DNA of 64,000 bases. It comes from Haliotis cracherodii. Taxonomy: Eukaryota. Where the stretch lies: contig NW_027266343.1 in the NCBI RefSeq assembly GCF_022045235.1, positions 55,676,001 to 55,740,000 on the forward strand, given 5' to 3'. Both the position numbers and the translations under genes were made by a program. The notes under the pieces were generated by a model, which was not told the origin of the DNA, did no database searches, and worked only from the letters and a program-made list of their open reading frames with translations. Positions within the stretch are counted from its first letter, which is position 1; each line of letters begins with the position of its first letter. This document shows, in pieces, positions 38,986 through 50,628 of the stretch.

Positions 38986-39772
38986 ATTCATGTTCACCTG
39001 AGTTAGCAAACTGAACTAAGTTGCAAAGCCTGATTTGATAGCCTACGACTTGTGAAGTCAATTAACAACTGTAAATCATGAACTAAATGCATCGCCAAAT
39101 GAATGCGAGTGTTGACCCTTGACTTAAAGTGCATCTTGAAATTAATGAGGTTAGCCCTACCTTTGATCTTTAAAAACAGATCAGCAAACAATAACACCAA
39201 CACTGTAGACATTGATCGCCCTGAATAGCTCCCCTATTGCTGATCCGACATTAAGCAATAATCACTCTCTCTGTAGACATTGAATTCCATGATATTGTAT
39301 AGGGTTGTAGCACTTCTGCACTGAACCGACATGACAGTATACTTCAATGTGTCCCGATAATGATGTCGATCTATGATGTGAGCAAGGACACTCATATTTT
39401 TTGCGTAAATTTCATGCTCGTGTAGCCTCTATGAAAGTCCTGTGATGGGATTCAAACCATAGACCTTCCATCTTGACCAAGGAGGTTAACAAGGTCAAGG
39501 TCATCTGTCATCTGTAGGATGACTCCATGCCCTGTTATGCTCGCAATAATTTCATAATTTGCAATATGTATCACAAGATAATCATAAGTAACGCTCTGTT
39601 TCCAATATGTAATCAATATTTTGTTGTTGAGTGAACGGGCTTCCAATGTTTGTGAATAGACATTGAATCATTGGATCATTAATCTACTTGCTTATCTCAC
39701 GTGGAAACCATTACATGTTTATGTCCAATGTTTTGAGGGCGAGAAAACCTTTTGTCTCATTCATGCAAGAAA

Positions 39773-40075
39773 GACCGCCTCCGTGGTCTAGTGGTAGAGC
39801 GTCCGCCCCGAGAGCGGAAGGACTTGATCCCCGGCCGCGTCATACCTAAAGACGTTAAAAGATGGTACTTGTTGTTACCCTGTCTGGTGCTTGGCATTAA
39901 GGGACTAAAACAGGAACTGGTCGGCTCGGAGTCAGTATACTGTGTTTGAGTGGGGTATTCATGTTAAACTGTGGCATAGTATCTCAGTGAGCTAGCACTA
40001 AAAATCGGCATCAGTCCGGACTAGTACAAGCAGCCACACAAACACACACACACACACACGTACATGCCTCACCTC
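39773..40075 (+). mobile_element. SINE family C, near full length with 3' deletion
   Basis: gaccgcctccgtggtctagtggtagagcg head; V-like domain. Confidence 0.88.
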
Positions 40076-40854
40076 ATGCAAGAAACTTAATGCCTTAACA
40101 AAAATTAAGTGGCAATATCTCTTAGAAAACGATGGATTGCCCCAAACACTCAACATTGAAAGCATTTTCTTTTTGCTCAACTAACCTAAAATATTTACTA
40201 TTTAACTGAAACAAATTTGTTGGACAGGATATGCTAATTTGTCAGAAGACAATGTCTGAGGATCAATTGTTTATATTTCTTTAGCTTAACAATTTGCAAA
40301 TTGGAAGTATTTAATATTTAATTATGGGTGTTATTCCTAAGTGTCTTTCCTGACCATGAATGGAGAATAGTGTTTGATCTGTAATGACCAGGGCTCCTTT
40401 GTGTGTGGGCATGCTGCTGTACTACATGCTTAATCGCTGTGGGATACAAGAATTGACCAGTGGTCAGCTGGCGACTGCCTTCCCATGTGTTTAACATCAA
40501 TAACAGGTAGTTTCCACTTCCCGGATATGTTTGTCCAGCCAATCCCAATGTGTACATGGTGTTGACCAGGTCCTGAGAATGACCAGGGGTTTGTGGGAAG
40601 TGTCACCCCAGAGGTTGGAGGGACCAGATGGCCCAGGTCACGACCTAGGTTTGAACCCAGACCATGATGGCACTACGTCTGTCAAAGTCAGAGGACAGGG
40701 TGGATGTTGTTCAGAAACCCATGTTGATACAGCCCTAGCAGTAAATTTGCGTAACTTAATGCATGTCATTTCCAATATAGCACCACATTGGTGGGGTATG
40801 CTTGTGTCTACCATGTATGTGGGGTCATTATTCCTGTCTCTGCCACTTTGGGAT

Positions 40855-41335
40855 AATATGGACTATACTATGCCAGTCATATGGTCCATACTGTGGCAGG
40901 TATATGGACCATACTATGCTAGCCATGTGGATCCTACTGTGCCAGGTATATGGACCATACTATGCCAAGTATATGGACCATGCTGTGGCAGGTATATGGA
41001 CCATACTATGCCATGTATATGGACCATTCAGTGTCGGGTATATGGACCATACTATGCCATGTATATGGACCATACAGTGGCAGGTATATGGACCATACTA
41101 TGCCATGTATATGGACCGTACTATGCCAGGTATATGGACCGTAATATGCCAGGTTTATGGACCTACTCAACCATGTATATGGGTCGTATTATGCCATGTA
41201 TATAGACCGTACTATGCCAGGTATATGGGCCATAATGTGCCAGATATATGGACCCTACCGTGGCAGGTGTATTGACCCTACTCTGCCAGGTATATGGACC
41301 TACTATGCCAGGTATGTGGACCCTGTTTGGACCCT
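40855..41335. repeat. 23-bp minisatellite (ggtatatggaccatactatgcca)
   Basis: About 20 imperfect copies. Confidence 0.93.
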
Positions 41336-42946
41336 TCTATCCCTGTAACCACCGAGTACAGCACGTCGTCGTGAGAGCTCCAGCAGGAGATGTGACAGGC
41401 GTGCAGGAGATATCATTGATTGCTGGCTCTGTCCCATTACATGTGATCAATCATGCAGACCCACACAATACCTCCCCTTACCACTTCTCAAACAAAAGAG
41501 ATTTGTGTCATGTAAATTGCAGGTTTTCTGTTGAAACTGTATTCAGTATTTGACCTACTTCGTGATGCACAATACCCAGAAGACATGCTTGTGTTATTGT
41601 TAGTACAGAACGTCTATTCCTATAGCTGGATCAGTTTTATGTTACCTGCCCGGGGACTAATCCCCTTTCATATGAGTATCTGCTTTACGTCGCTGAATAA
41701 AGATGAAATGTTTGATATCAGAGATGTATTGATATTTTACAAGAAATATTTGATGGAAAAGTAAGTAGTTTTGTGTCATAGATCAGGCATGATTTTTTGA
41801 AATTTTGAATTATTAGAGGGTGATGGGTAGTTTTGGAAATAGAATTTTAGTGTTAAATTTTTATGAGCTGTTTTCTATACTCCTTTTATAGAGATAACAC
41901 CTGCCACTCTTCCAGCCCTGTATCAGCACCTGTGGGTGATACACCTTGTATCTTCTCAACCACAGGTGATAACCTTTGTATCACATGGCCAGGCCATATC
42001 GGATTAGATATAAACCTCTACTGTTCATGGTTATAGTGTATTGATAGTCACTGAAGGGCAGGGCGATCTAATGTTTGTAAAACTGCCTTTCTTGACACAG
42101 TGGGTTTGTAGTTGTAGGAGATAACTTGAGTAGGTTGGCACATAGCACTACGTAATCAATTCTTGGCTTTATCAGAGGTGACCCTGTTGGTACAGATTCC
42201 ACGTATTTGTAAATTGGGACGTTTGTTTATGTGGCAGATTAGGTCCAGATTAAGTGTAAGGTCCAGACAAGGTATTGTACATGCAAGTCTCAAGAGTTAT
42301 CTGTTCTTGAATTCCTCATTTCACACCAGGTATGAGCTAAAAATAAATGGTTTGTTTGCCCATTCTGCATTGCAACCAACCCATAAAAAAACCACCTGAC
42401 TCTATTAATTTGGAACTTGTTCTTGACCAAATTTTTTTCGTTAAACTGTGATTAACATTTAAAGAAAATGGAAAATAAATACAAAAAACATGTCTTTGAT
42501 CATATTTTCTTGAACATTTTGATATTGGTATATCATCTGTCAGTCCTGTGATGGTTGAACAGCAGATGAAAAACAGTTTGGGTAGGTTGCAAAACAAATG
42601 CCAAATAGTTGGGGCAGTTGTTTTTGCTACATCAGCTGATGAAAAATGCTGCACCTACTCACACACACAATTAATGACCAGTTGCTTAGTGGGGTCTTGA
42701 GTATATACACAACAATGTCCTTTGTGTTATATTGACATCCATCAATCATTGTCAATCTCTGAGATTTCGTGGATAGGTTAAATTGCTCAGTAATATTGTG
42801 GCTAATGCTGGCAATGTGTTTCCTGAAATTATGATGAATGATTTGTTAACAAGTAGAGATACATATTTTAGATTGTTTTGCAGGCTCAATAGCTTCCCCA
42901 GTATTTACCATATATATACTTCACAAAAGAACTTAAAGAACACTTA

Positions 42947-43277
42947 CCATATTCAACGTAATAAGCACCCAGGCCGCTCTCTCAAAATTAGAAATAGGGG
43001 GCTCTTATTAGAATATTACACCGTTGAAAGATAAATTTCGTGGTTTATGCTGACAGTCTGAACTGTTTATATACGACAGATGCATTTCTCCAGAATATAA
43101 ATGCCCATACTTAAAGGTGCATATAACACAGGAGTGCGTATTATACACGAATAAATAAGTCTTGTGTACATTGATCAATCAGAAGGGCTGCTAATTGGGA
43201 TTGTTCACTTGCCAATATATTAGCAAATATCGCCGTGGGCACTTATTAGAGCGGGGCGCTTATTACGTCGAATACGG
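42947..43277 (-). mobile_element. MITE family E nested in family F
   Basis: Reverse-orientation interior; TA flanks. Confidence 0.88.
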
Positions 43278-43452
43278 TAATTCTTTTATATGATTAGAGT
43301 TAACACATCATGGCCATGACATAATAACTTCAGTCCTGAAAAATTGGGTGCTCTAACAAGTAGTATTTCAGCAGTAATAATTATACCAAATAATAAGCAT
43401 TTTTTGAAATATTTATTTTTGGAATAACTGCATTGTGAGGGCAGCTATTCTT

Positions 43453-43648
43453 ATGATTGTGGGTTCGAATCCTGGTTCGCCCCGAATATGTTTCTAGGTT
43501 TGTCAGCATCATACCCATGCTCTAGGGTTTCACCAAAGTAGTTAACGTCTGAGACCTGCATCACTTCAGGCTTTCCTCCCATATTTAGTTGACATGCCAT
43601 GATATATCTGGAATACAGTTCAGAGCAGCGTTAAACTCACTCACTCAT
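43453..43648 (+). mobile_element. SINE family D, 5' truncated
   Basis: B box gggttcgaatcc, body and tail. Confidence 0.85.
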
Positions 43649-43837
43649 GAAAACTAAACACCTGTGTATCACTTGTTTAGTATATGCTGATCTTGTGAAA
43701 TAATGTTATTACTGCAGGCGATATGTTTATTGGAATGCATGTGAAAGTATCATAGTCAAATATTAAATTGTTCTCTTGTCTGTTTCCTACTCAACAAACA
43801 GTGGCCAGACAGTGAATAAAACAGTTCTCTGTGTTCT

Positions 43838-44010
43838 GGGGGCGGTCTGGTAGCTTCGTGGTTAAAGCGTTCTCTCGTCACGCCGAAGACCCGGGTTCGA
43901 TTCCTGACATGGGTACAATGTGTGAAGCCCATTTCTGGTGTCCCCCGCCGTGATATTGCTGGAATATTGCTAAAAGCAGCGTAAAACCATACTCACTCAC
44001 TCACTCACTC
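43838..44010 (+). mobile_element. SINE family A
   Basis: Near consensus; TSD tgttctgg. Confidence 0.9.
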
Positions 44011-44124
44011 TGTTCTGGAGAGTATAAAGTTGCTCTTTACAGGGATGGGCAGGGAGTGTTGGCGTGGGTGTCGTATGGAACGTCATGTGTATTTGGGTGT
44101 TGGACAGGTGGCAGGGGTATGCTC

Positions 44125-44629
44125 TAGGGCTGGCTAAAAAGATGGATAATCTGAATTATCATCGCTGTGAAGAAATATTAACAAAAATCGATATGAAATT
44201 GTTGTCATCAATAATAATTTTAGATTTACCGAAACAGACTTGTTATTGTTAATAATGTCAGTTGTCGAAGACAGTTGTTTTTGTTACATCTCAAATGTAC
44301 ACACTGCTCACCAGTGGCATAAAATGAGTTGGTTTCTGTCAGGACTTTCTTGGGGCGGTTGGGTAGCCTAGTGGTTAAAGCATTTACTCGTCACGCCAAA
44401 GAACGGGTTCGATTCCCGACATGGGTACAATATGTGAAGCGCATTTCTGGTGTACCCCGCCGTGATATTGCTGGAATATTGCTAAAAGTGGCGTAAAACC
44501 ATACTCACTCACTCACTCGGGACTTTCTTGCATATTTGCTTAAAGTTACTTCTCGGGTATTATCGATAATTGATCGATGTTTATTTAGCAATTTTCGATC
44601 TCAGTTGTTTCTATCGATAGCCAGCCCTA
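44125..44629. mobile_element. hAT-type MITE
   Basis: TIR tagggctggcta / tagccagcccta; perfect 8-bp TSD gtatgctc; atcgat subterminal motifs. Confidence 0.88.
44352..44518 (+). mobile_element. SINE family A nested in hAT MITE
   Basis: TSD ggactttcttg. Confidence 0.9.
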
Positions 44630-44753
44630 GTATGCTCTACAGTACATTAAATTCTCTTTGGAAGTTTTGTCTTGAGGAAAGCTTGTATGGGAAGTTGTGT
44701 CTAAAGGAAGCCTTTGATGGAATTAAGCCTTGCTTACCCACCTCAGAATCTAT

Positions 44754-44873
44754 ACTACTCAAAGAAGTATAGAATGCCCAATGTTTTCATATGACTATAG
44801 TTAATCTGTCCTGGCTGGCGGTATTGCAACAAAGCCTTCCAGTTGGGGGGTTCCTTAAGTTGTTTTGAGTAGA
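44754..44873. mobile_element. MITE family F, uninterrupted about 120 bp copy
   Basis: ctactcaaagaag...cttaagttgttttgagtag. Confidence 0.75.
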
Positions 44874-45269
44874 ATATGTTGAAATAACATTTCAAATCTA
44901 CCTGTTTTTCTGCATTTTTGGCAGTCTCCCAGACAAAAATAAAAGATTAATAGAGGCATGTGAACAAATTGTTTTCCCTATGGTGAATGAGGTATCTCGC
45001 TCAGCATGCTACACAGGGAATATGTCTGCTAATTACAGGTATAATTAGCTGGCCATCTGTCACGCTCGTGCATGACGGTGAGTGATCTGAGTGCTGCAGA
45101 GGGCCATGTCTGGAACTAAATGCCTTTCATGCAGCGTTGGTTATGCATGCACAACAGGTTGTTGTGTGCTGGTTGTGGGACAACTAATTACCCAATGAAA
45201 CGTTTGTTCATTTCAACTTGAACAGTTCACTTCTGGTCACTGATGTTGGGAGGCCCTACTGAATTTGCT

Positions 45270-45500
45270 TGTTTCATGGATTCTGTTTGTTAACTCAGCA
45301 TTTGCTGTGGACCACATCTTTGACAAAACATGACTATTTTCATGACTGTTTCATGGATTCTGTTAGTTCACATACTACTCAGCATTTGCTGTGGTCCACA
45401 TCTTTGACCAATTATGACTATTTTCATGACTGTTTCATGGATTCTGTTAGTTCACATACTACTCAGCATTTGCTAAGGTCCACACCAAAGATGACTATTT
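45270..45500. repeat. About 84-bp tandem repeat, about 2.7 copies
   Basis: tgtttcatggattctgtt recurs at 45270, 45347, 45431. Confidence 0.85.
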
Positions 45501-46129
45501 TGGTCCTTAGCAAGTGTTGAGCAGTATATGTCAGAATGCTGAGGGGAGACAAGTTACAAGTACAGACAGTGAACAATAAAGTTCAATATATTTTGTTTCA
45601 AAGGACAATAGATCATGAGGCTGTTACTTTTTCCTAAAAACTGATCTCTAATTAATTAGAAAATAGCTATAAAGAAAGTACTAATTATCTGTCCTGATCG
45701 AAGATGTTTTGTGAGTCACAGCGCACTGGTACAAGATCAGATCATTGGTCGTGTAGAGGAGTTGGATTGGTGAGCGTGGTTATAGTTTATAGTGGCCCAC
45801 AGTGAAGCGCATCTCAAAACAGGCAAGTAACTTTTGTGAAATATGCCTCTGTCCACAAGCAGTGAATGGGTACCCGGCAGGAAATGATGGTAATGTGACT
45901 GTTACCTTATAGCGCCTCACAGACAGCATAGTTGTAGACATATGTTCGTAGCGGCTATTTTTAGACTGACAAAAACGCAGGGATGGGGGTGGGCGTCATT
46001 AGACAAGTAGTAAGTAATTTAATTTAGCAAGTGTATCGCCTTGTATCAATACAGAACAAAACGTATCGTGTTTTGTATCATCGCATGAAAACTCATGATG
46101 TACTGATGCATCGTTTCATTCCTAGTTAC

Positions 46130-46270
46130 AGGTTGATTGCGTGTCATCATTTCCCAGTCGTTGAAATGATGGTCATGCTGTCAGTCACTGGATTGTCTGA
46201 TCCAGACTCCATTATTTCTGCCACAGCTGTAATATTGCTGAGTGGGGCGTTAAACAACAAAGAAACAAAT
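46130..46270 (+). mobile_element. Retroposon family B, 3' fragment
   Basis: gtcactggattgtctgatccagactc..gctgagtggggcgttaaacaac. Confidence 0.75.
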
Positions 46271-46740
46271 CATGCTATCAACTGGTTTGACTAGATTTAC
46301 AATCCAGATTGATATGGCGGTAATTTTGATAATGACAAATATTGATGAATATATGTGGAGTATGTGTGTATTCCTGATAAATATTCCATGAATACAGCAG
46401 ACATTCCAGCATACCACTGTCATTATTTGTCTTGTCCAACATTGTTGTTTGTGAAGATGTGTGTGTAGTTTCATTTCATTTAAACGCTCATGAGTTGTTG
46501 TTTTTAGGGGGGGGGGGAAATATCACAGTACAGGCAGTGAATGAACTTGTTGCCCAAGTTGACAGGCCAGGAGGGCTTGTTACAAACTATGTTGCAAGCT
46601 CTTATCCTATTTTACCGACTTACTTTATGACTACAGCCTACATACTTTCAGTTAACTTACATTTGTTCTGTGTGTTTCAGAACATTACGCTAAACAGCGG
46701 CAAAAACTGCTAGGCTGCTTGGTACTATACATATTTCTGA

Positions 46741-47012
46741 ACCCGTGAAGATCCGGGGTAGAATAGGTCTTCAACAACCCATGCTTGCCGTAAAAAGCGA
46801 CTATGCTTGTTGTAAGAAACGACTAACGGGATCGGGTGGTCAGGCTTGCTGACTTGGTTGATGCATGTCAGCGATCCCAATTGTGTGGGTCGATGTTCAT
46901 GATGTCAATGACTGGATTGTCTGGTCCAGACTCGATTATTTACACACTGCTGTCATATAGGTGGAATATTGCTGAGTGTGGCGTGAAACAACAAACAAAC
47001 AAATAAACAAAC
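46741..47012 (+). mobile_element. Retroposon family B, full length
   Basis: Consensus match; tttctga at both flanks. Confidence 0.9.
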
Positions 47013-47617
47013 TTTTTTCTGACGTTTATGGTGGTTCTCCGACTTTCACACACATTGCTAATAACACATGTGCATATCAGTCATAATCAGTGTACAGCAA
47101 GGAGTCAGTTTAGTACTTTATGTGGGTTTCTGATAAACTACGAAATGAAAACGAAATGACAACAGACCTTTGACATTAAACGATGATGACTTGAGGCAGT
47201 TATACGGAAATGTTACTGGCCCAGTGTAAAAGTCACTTGCATTTGGCTAGTGGGCAGGCAGTTATTTCATCCCTGAGTACAGGCATTAATATTTTATGTA
47301 TGTGATATTCATAAATATATATCACACACTATAGTTTAGTGCACACTATAATATTAGTGTTAGAAATAGGCACTAGTCCTGTAACCCTTTCCAAACTGCC
47401 CAATAATTAAGGTATCATAAGGACTAGTAGAAATTTGCCCCATTTAAAGGTTTTGCTTTATTTAATACTAATAAGGACTAGTGGACTAAAAATGTTAATT
47501 TCTGCCTCTGTATTGATTATATATGGGCCATGTCCTTGTTCAATGTGTATGTCTTGGAAGTGCATTGGTCTTTCCCAATATCATGTAATTGTGTTATTTT
47601 AAGCCTGTGAATCATGT

Positions 47618-47930
47618 CACTCCCCCCCTCAGTGATGTCAGTGTTACCTTGTGTGGCATTCCCCCATCAGTGATGTCAGTGTTACCTGGTGTGGCACTCC
47701 CCCATCAGTCGGTGTTACCTGGTGTGGCACTCCCCCGCCAGTGATGTCAGTGTTACCTGGTGTGGCACTCTCCCATCAGTCAGTGTTACCTGGTGTGGCA
47801 CTCCCCCGCCAGTGATGTCAGTGTTACGTGGTGTGGCACTCCCCCGCCAGTGATGTCAGTGTTACCTGGTGTGGCACTCCCCCGCCAGTGATGTCAGTGT
47901 TACCTGGTGTGGCACTCCATCAGTGATGTA
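47618..47930. repeat. About 38-bp minisatellite (cactcccccgccagtgatgtcagtgttacctggtgtgg)
   Basis: About 8 copies ending just before the 47963 acceptor. Confidence 0.92.
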
Positions 47931-47962
47931 TCTGTGATAGTAATGTCGTTGTTTGTTTGCAG

Positions 47963-48023
47963 ATATCAAGAGAGGAAGCCATTAACCTTTCACCTACCTC
48001 ACCAGCCAGTCTTGCAGTTAAAG
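47963..48023 (+). CDS. FAM53: FAM53-family protein, probable small internal coding exon (ISREEAINLSPTSPASLAVK-G)
   Basis: Acceptor gttgtttgtttgcag|, donor AAG|GTAATC; 61 nt, phase 0 in and phase 1 out, which joins the flanking exons in frame; no recognisable homology on its own. Confidence 0.65.
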
Positions 48024-48039
48024 GTAATCGTTTGGACGA

Positions 48040-48825
48040 TGGTGGAGGGGGACAGGGGAGGAGCGGGACAGGGGATGGAGGAGGGGGCAGGGGTTTGGGG
48101 AGGGGGTGGAGGGGACAGGGGGTGGAAGAGGGGACAGGGGGTGGAGGAGGGGGCAGGGGTTTGGGGAGGGGGTGGAGGGGACAGGGGGTGGAAGAGGGGA
48201 CAGGGGGTGGAGGAGGGGACAGGGGTTTGGGGAGGGGGTGGAGGGGACAGGGGGTGGAAGAGGGGACAGGGGGTGGAGGAGGGGACAGGGATGGGAAAGG
48301 GGATGGAAGAGGGGACAGGGGGTGGAGGAGGGGACAGGGGTGGGGGAGGGGATGGAGGAGGGGGCAGGGGTGGGGAAGGGGATAGAGGGCACAGGGGGTA
48401 GTAGAGGGGGTTGGGGGACAGGATGGGGGTGTAGGAGGGTGTAGGGGACAGGGGTGGGGGAGGGGATAGAGGATGGGGGAGGGGATGAAGGAGGGGACAG
48501 GGGATGGAGGAGGGGTGGGGAGGGGACAGGGGTGGGGGAGGGGATGGAGGAGGGGACAGGTGTGGGGAAGGGGATAGAGGGGACAGGGGGTAGTAGAGGG
48601 GGTTGGGGGACAGGATGGGGGTGGAGGAGGGTGTAGGGGAGGAACAGGGTTGGGGGAGAAGACGAGGTGGAGGGGGAGTGGGTTGTGGAGGCAGGACGGG
48701 GGTTGGGAGAGGGGGACAGGGTTGTGGAGAAGGGATGTGGGGTTGGAGAAGGGGATGGTTTGGAGGCGGCAGACGGGGGCTAGGAGAGGGGGCTGTGGGG
48801 GTGGAGGAGGCAGGACAGGGGATTG
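48040..48825. repeat. G-rich low-complexity tandem tract
   Basis: ggaggaggggacagggggt units. Confidence 0.93.
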
Positions 48826-49196
48826 GGCGACAAGTTGACTGTCAGTGTGATCCTATACAAAGAGTGCGACATGCCGGTGTCATTATGTTTCAAGTGTGGG
48901 AGGCGTTAAGAAAATAAAATTTAAAGTTCAAACGTTCTTCCTGTTGATGTTTCAGAAGTAAAGATGATATTGCTGGAAAAGTGTTTCTCCAATACACAGC
49001 ATAAACAAACGTCTTCTGGGAAAATGAAAGTGTAGCTGAAAGTGCACCTAACGACTCGAGTGCCAAGTTTCTTTGGATTTGATCATTTAGAATTACAAGC
49101 AAACTTGTTTGGCAGTGAAGCAATCTTTTTTGCAAAGTGTAATGTCTTTTGTCAGATGTGGAATTTGCCAAATGATTTTAAAAATTGCTTTTGTAG

Positions 49197-49987
49197 GGAA
49201 GAATGTATGGGCATTGCCTGTCCCCCCCTCACAGATGCCACCGCCCTCTGCAGGAGGGAAGGGGAAGGGAGACAACTCTGGCAGCAGACATGGCAAAAGT
49301 TGTGATAAGCACTCGTCTGTGGTAACATGTCGCCACAAGAACCCGCTACACAAATGTATTCTCTGTGATACGAACTCCGGCATCGCACCACCGAAGAAAA
49401 AACACTGCCGATCTCTCTCAGTGCCGGTTGACTCCATGACATCATCTCCATGGCAACCAGATGGAACCAAACTTTGGCGACCAATAGCTGTGATTCCGTT
49501 GACAAACAATAATGTAGATCAGCAGAACAGGAACATAACGTCCCGTGTTCCTGAGTTCAAGGCCACATGTAGAAATGTGACAAACTTTACCCGGTTTGTG
49601 TCGTCACCATTGAGTATGGACAGTGGTCATTTCACGACATCAGACTTTCAGACTCCGCCTGGTTCGCCTGTACCAAGGCCAGCATCTGCTCTTAGTGATT
49701 TTTCCCAGAGTTCATTTGGAGCACCGTGGCTCGAACACAGCCCATTACGGAATAACAGATTTGAAATTCTCCAGAACCGAAGTCTTTCTTATGAGGAACA
49801 GATATCACTTGGAGCTGGATCTACGCCGTGTATGTCCGAACATCTAGGCTCAAACCCGTCCTCGCCGTACCGACACAAAATACCAAGGTGTCGCTCTCAG
49901 CCGTGTGTTCTCCATGATAGACGTTACGCCAAGAAACGACGACGTGAAGATTGCAGACCAACCCTTAATTTTCAAAAAATGACTGAG
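49197..49987 (+). CDS. FAM53: FAM53-family protein, large central coding exon
   Basis: FAM53 motifs APPKKKHCRSLSVP, WQPDGTKLWRPI, TPPGSPVPRPASA, RSLS, RCRSQPCVL, KKRRREDCRPTLNFQKM; acceptor ttgcttttgtag| (phase 1); donor GAG|GTTAGT (phase 0); gene continues beyond the recognisable exons. Confidence 0.92.
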
Positions 49988-50130
49988 GTTAGTAGTTATA
50001 TTCGGAATCTGCTTGTTTTTATTTTCCTGGATATTCTTTAATTAATAATTATTTCCTCTACCTGCATCTATTCTAGATATTTGTGTTACAAATGTAAAGA
50101 TTTAACGGGTAGGTCAGGGGAATGTGAACT

Positions 50131-50376
50131 AAGTAGAGACAATTTGTGGATAACAACTTCTTTATTTACTGTGAAGGCGACGTTTCGGTATATATCCTTA
50201 CACCGTTGTCAAACAAATCTGTTGATGGTGTTGATTGCCACATCTCCATGTTGATGATGGATGAATTGTGTGACAGGTATTACTCAAAAGTTGACGGATT
50301 ACAAAGTAGACACAATTTATGGAGAACAACTTCTTTATTTCCTGTGGAGGCGATGTTTCGGTAAAGATCCTTACAA
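50131..50376 (-). mobile_element. Penelope-like terminal-repeat relic: two direct repeats (about 173 bp apart) with hammerhead-like motif and AATAAA
   Basis: Units start at 50131 and 50304; minus strand reads TTGACAA-C-GGTGTA-AGGATA-TATACC-GAAACGTC-GCCTTCACAGTAAATAAA. Confidence 0.6.
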
Positions 50377-50628
50377 CCCACTTCTTTCAGTGACCGAATT
50401 AACTGCCTGCCCACCTGCCCGTGGCTAGTAACTTTTCTGTCGGGCTGCATGAAATTTTACTCCGCCTGCCCGACTGTCTGGCAGATAATTTTTGAGACTA
50501 CTTATATTTTCAGTTTTATTATGACCAAACATATGCAAAAAGAAGGTCTTCAAGAAGGGGAGCATGATTGGTACCCATGGGGATGCCTACTTCTTGTCTA
50601 AATATCCTACCCTCAAATTGTACATGGT

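Noticed and set aside
40531-41553. Overlapping ORFs of 101-224 aa
   Set aside because: Mostly 23-bp minisatellite; no recognisable domain.
46681-46721. Extra FAM53 exon after strong acceptor tgtgtttcag
   Set aside because: Phase-0 reading stops after 10 codons and the donor is weak; a poison exon cannot be excluded without RNA data.
48956-49035. Alternative acceptor gtttcag extending the large exon
   Set aside because: Phase-1 reading hits TAG at about 49033 with no convincing donor.
49109-49196. N-terminal part of the 310-aa ORF (and 49988-50041)
   Set aside because: Non-ATG start; lies outside the splice sites; intronic read-through.
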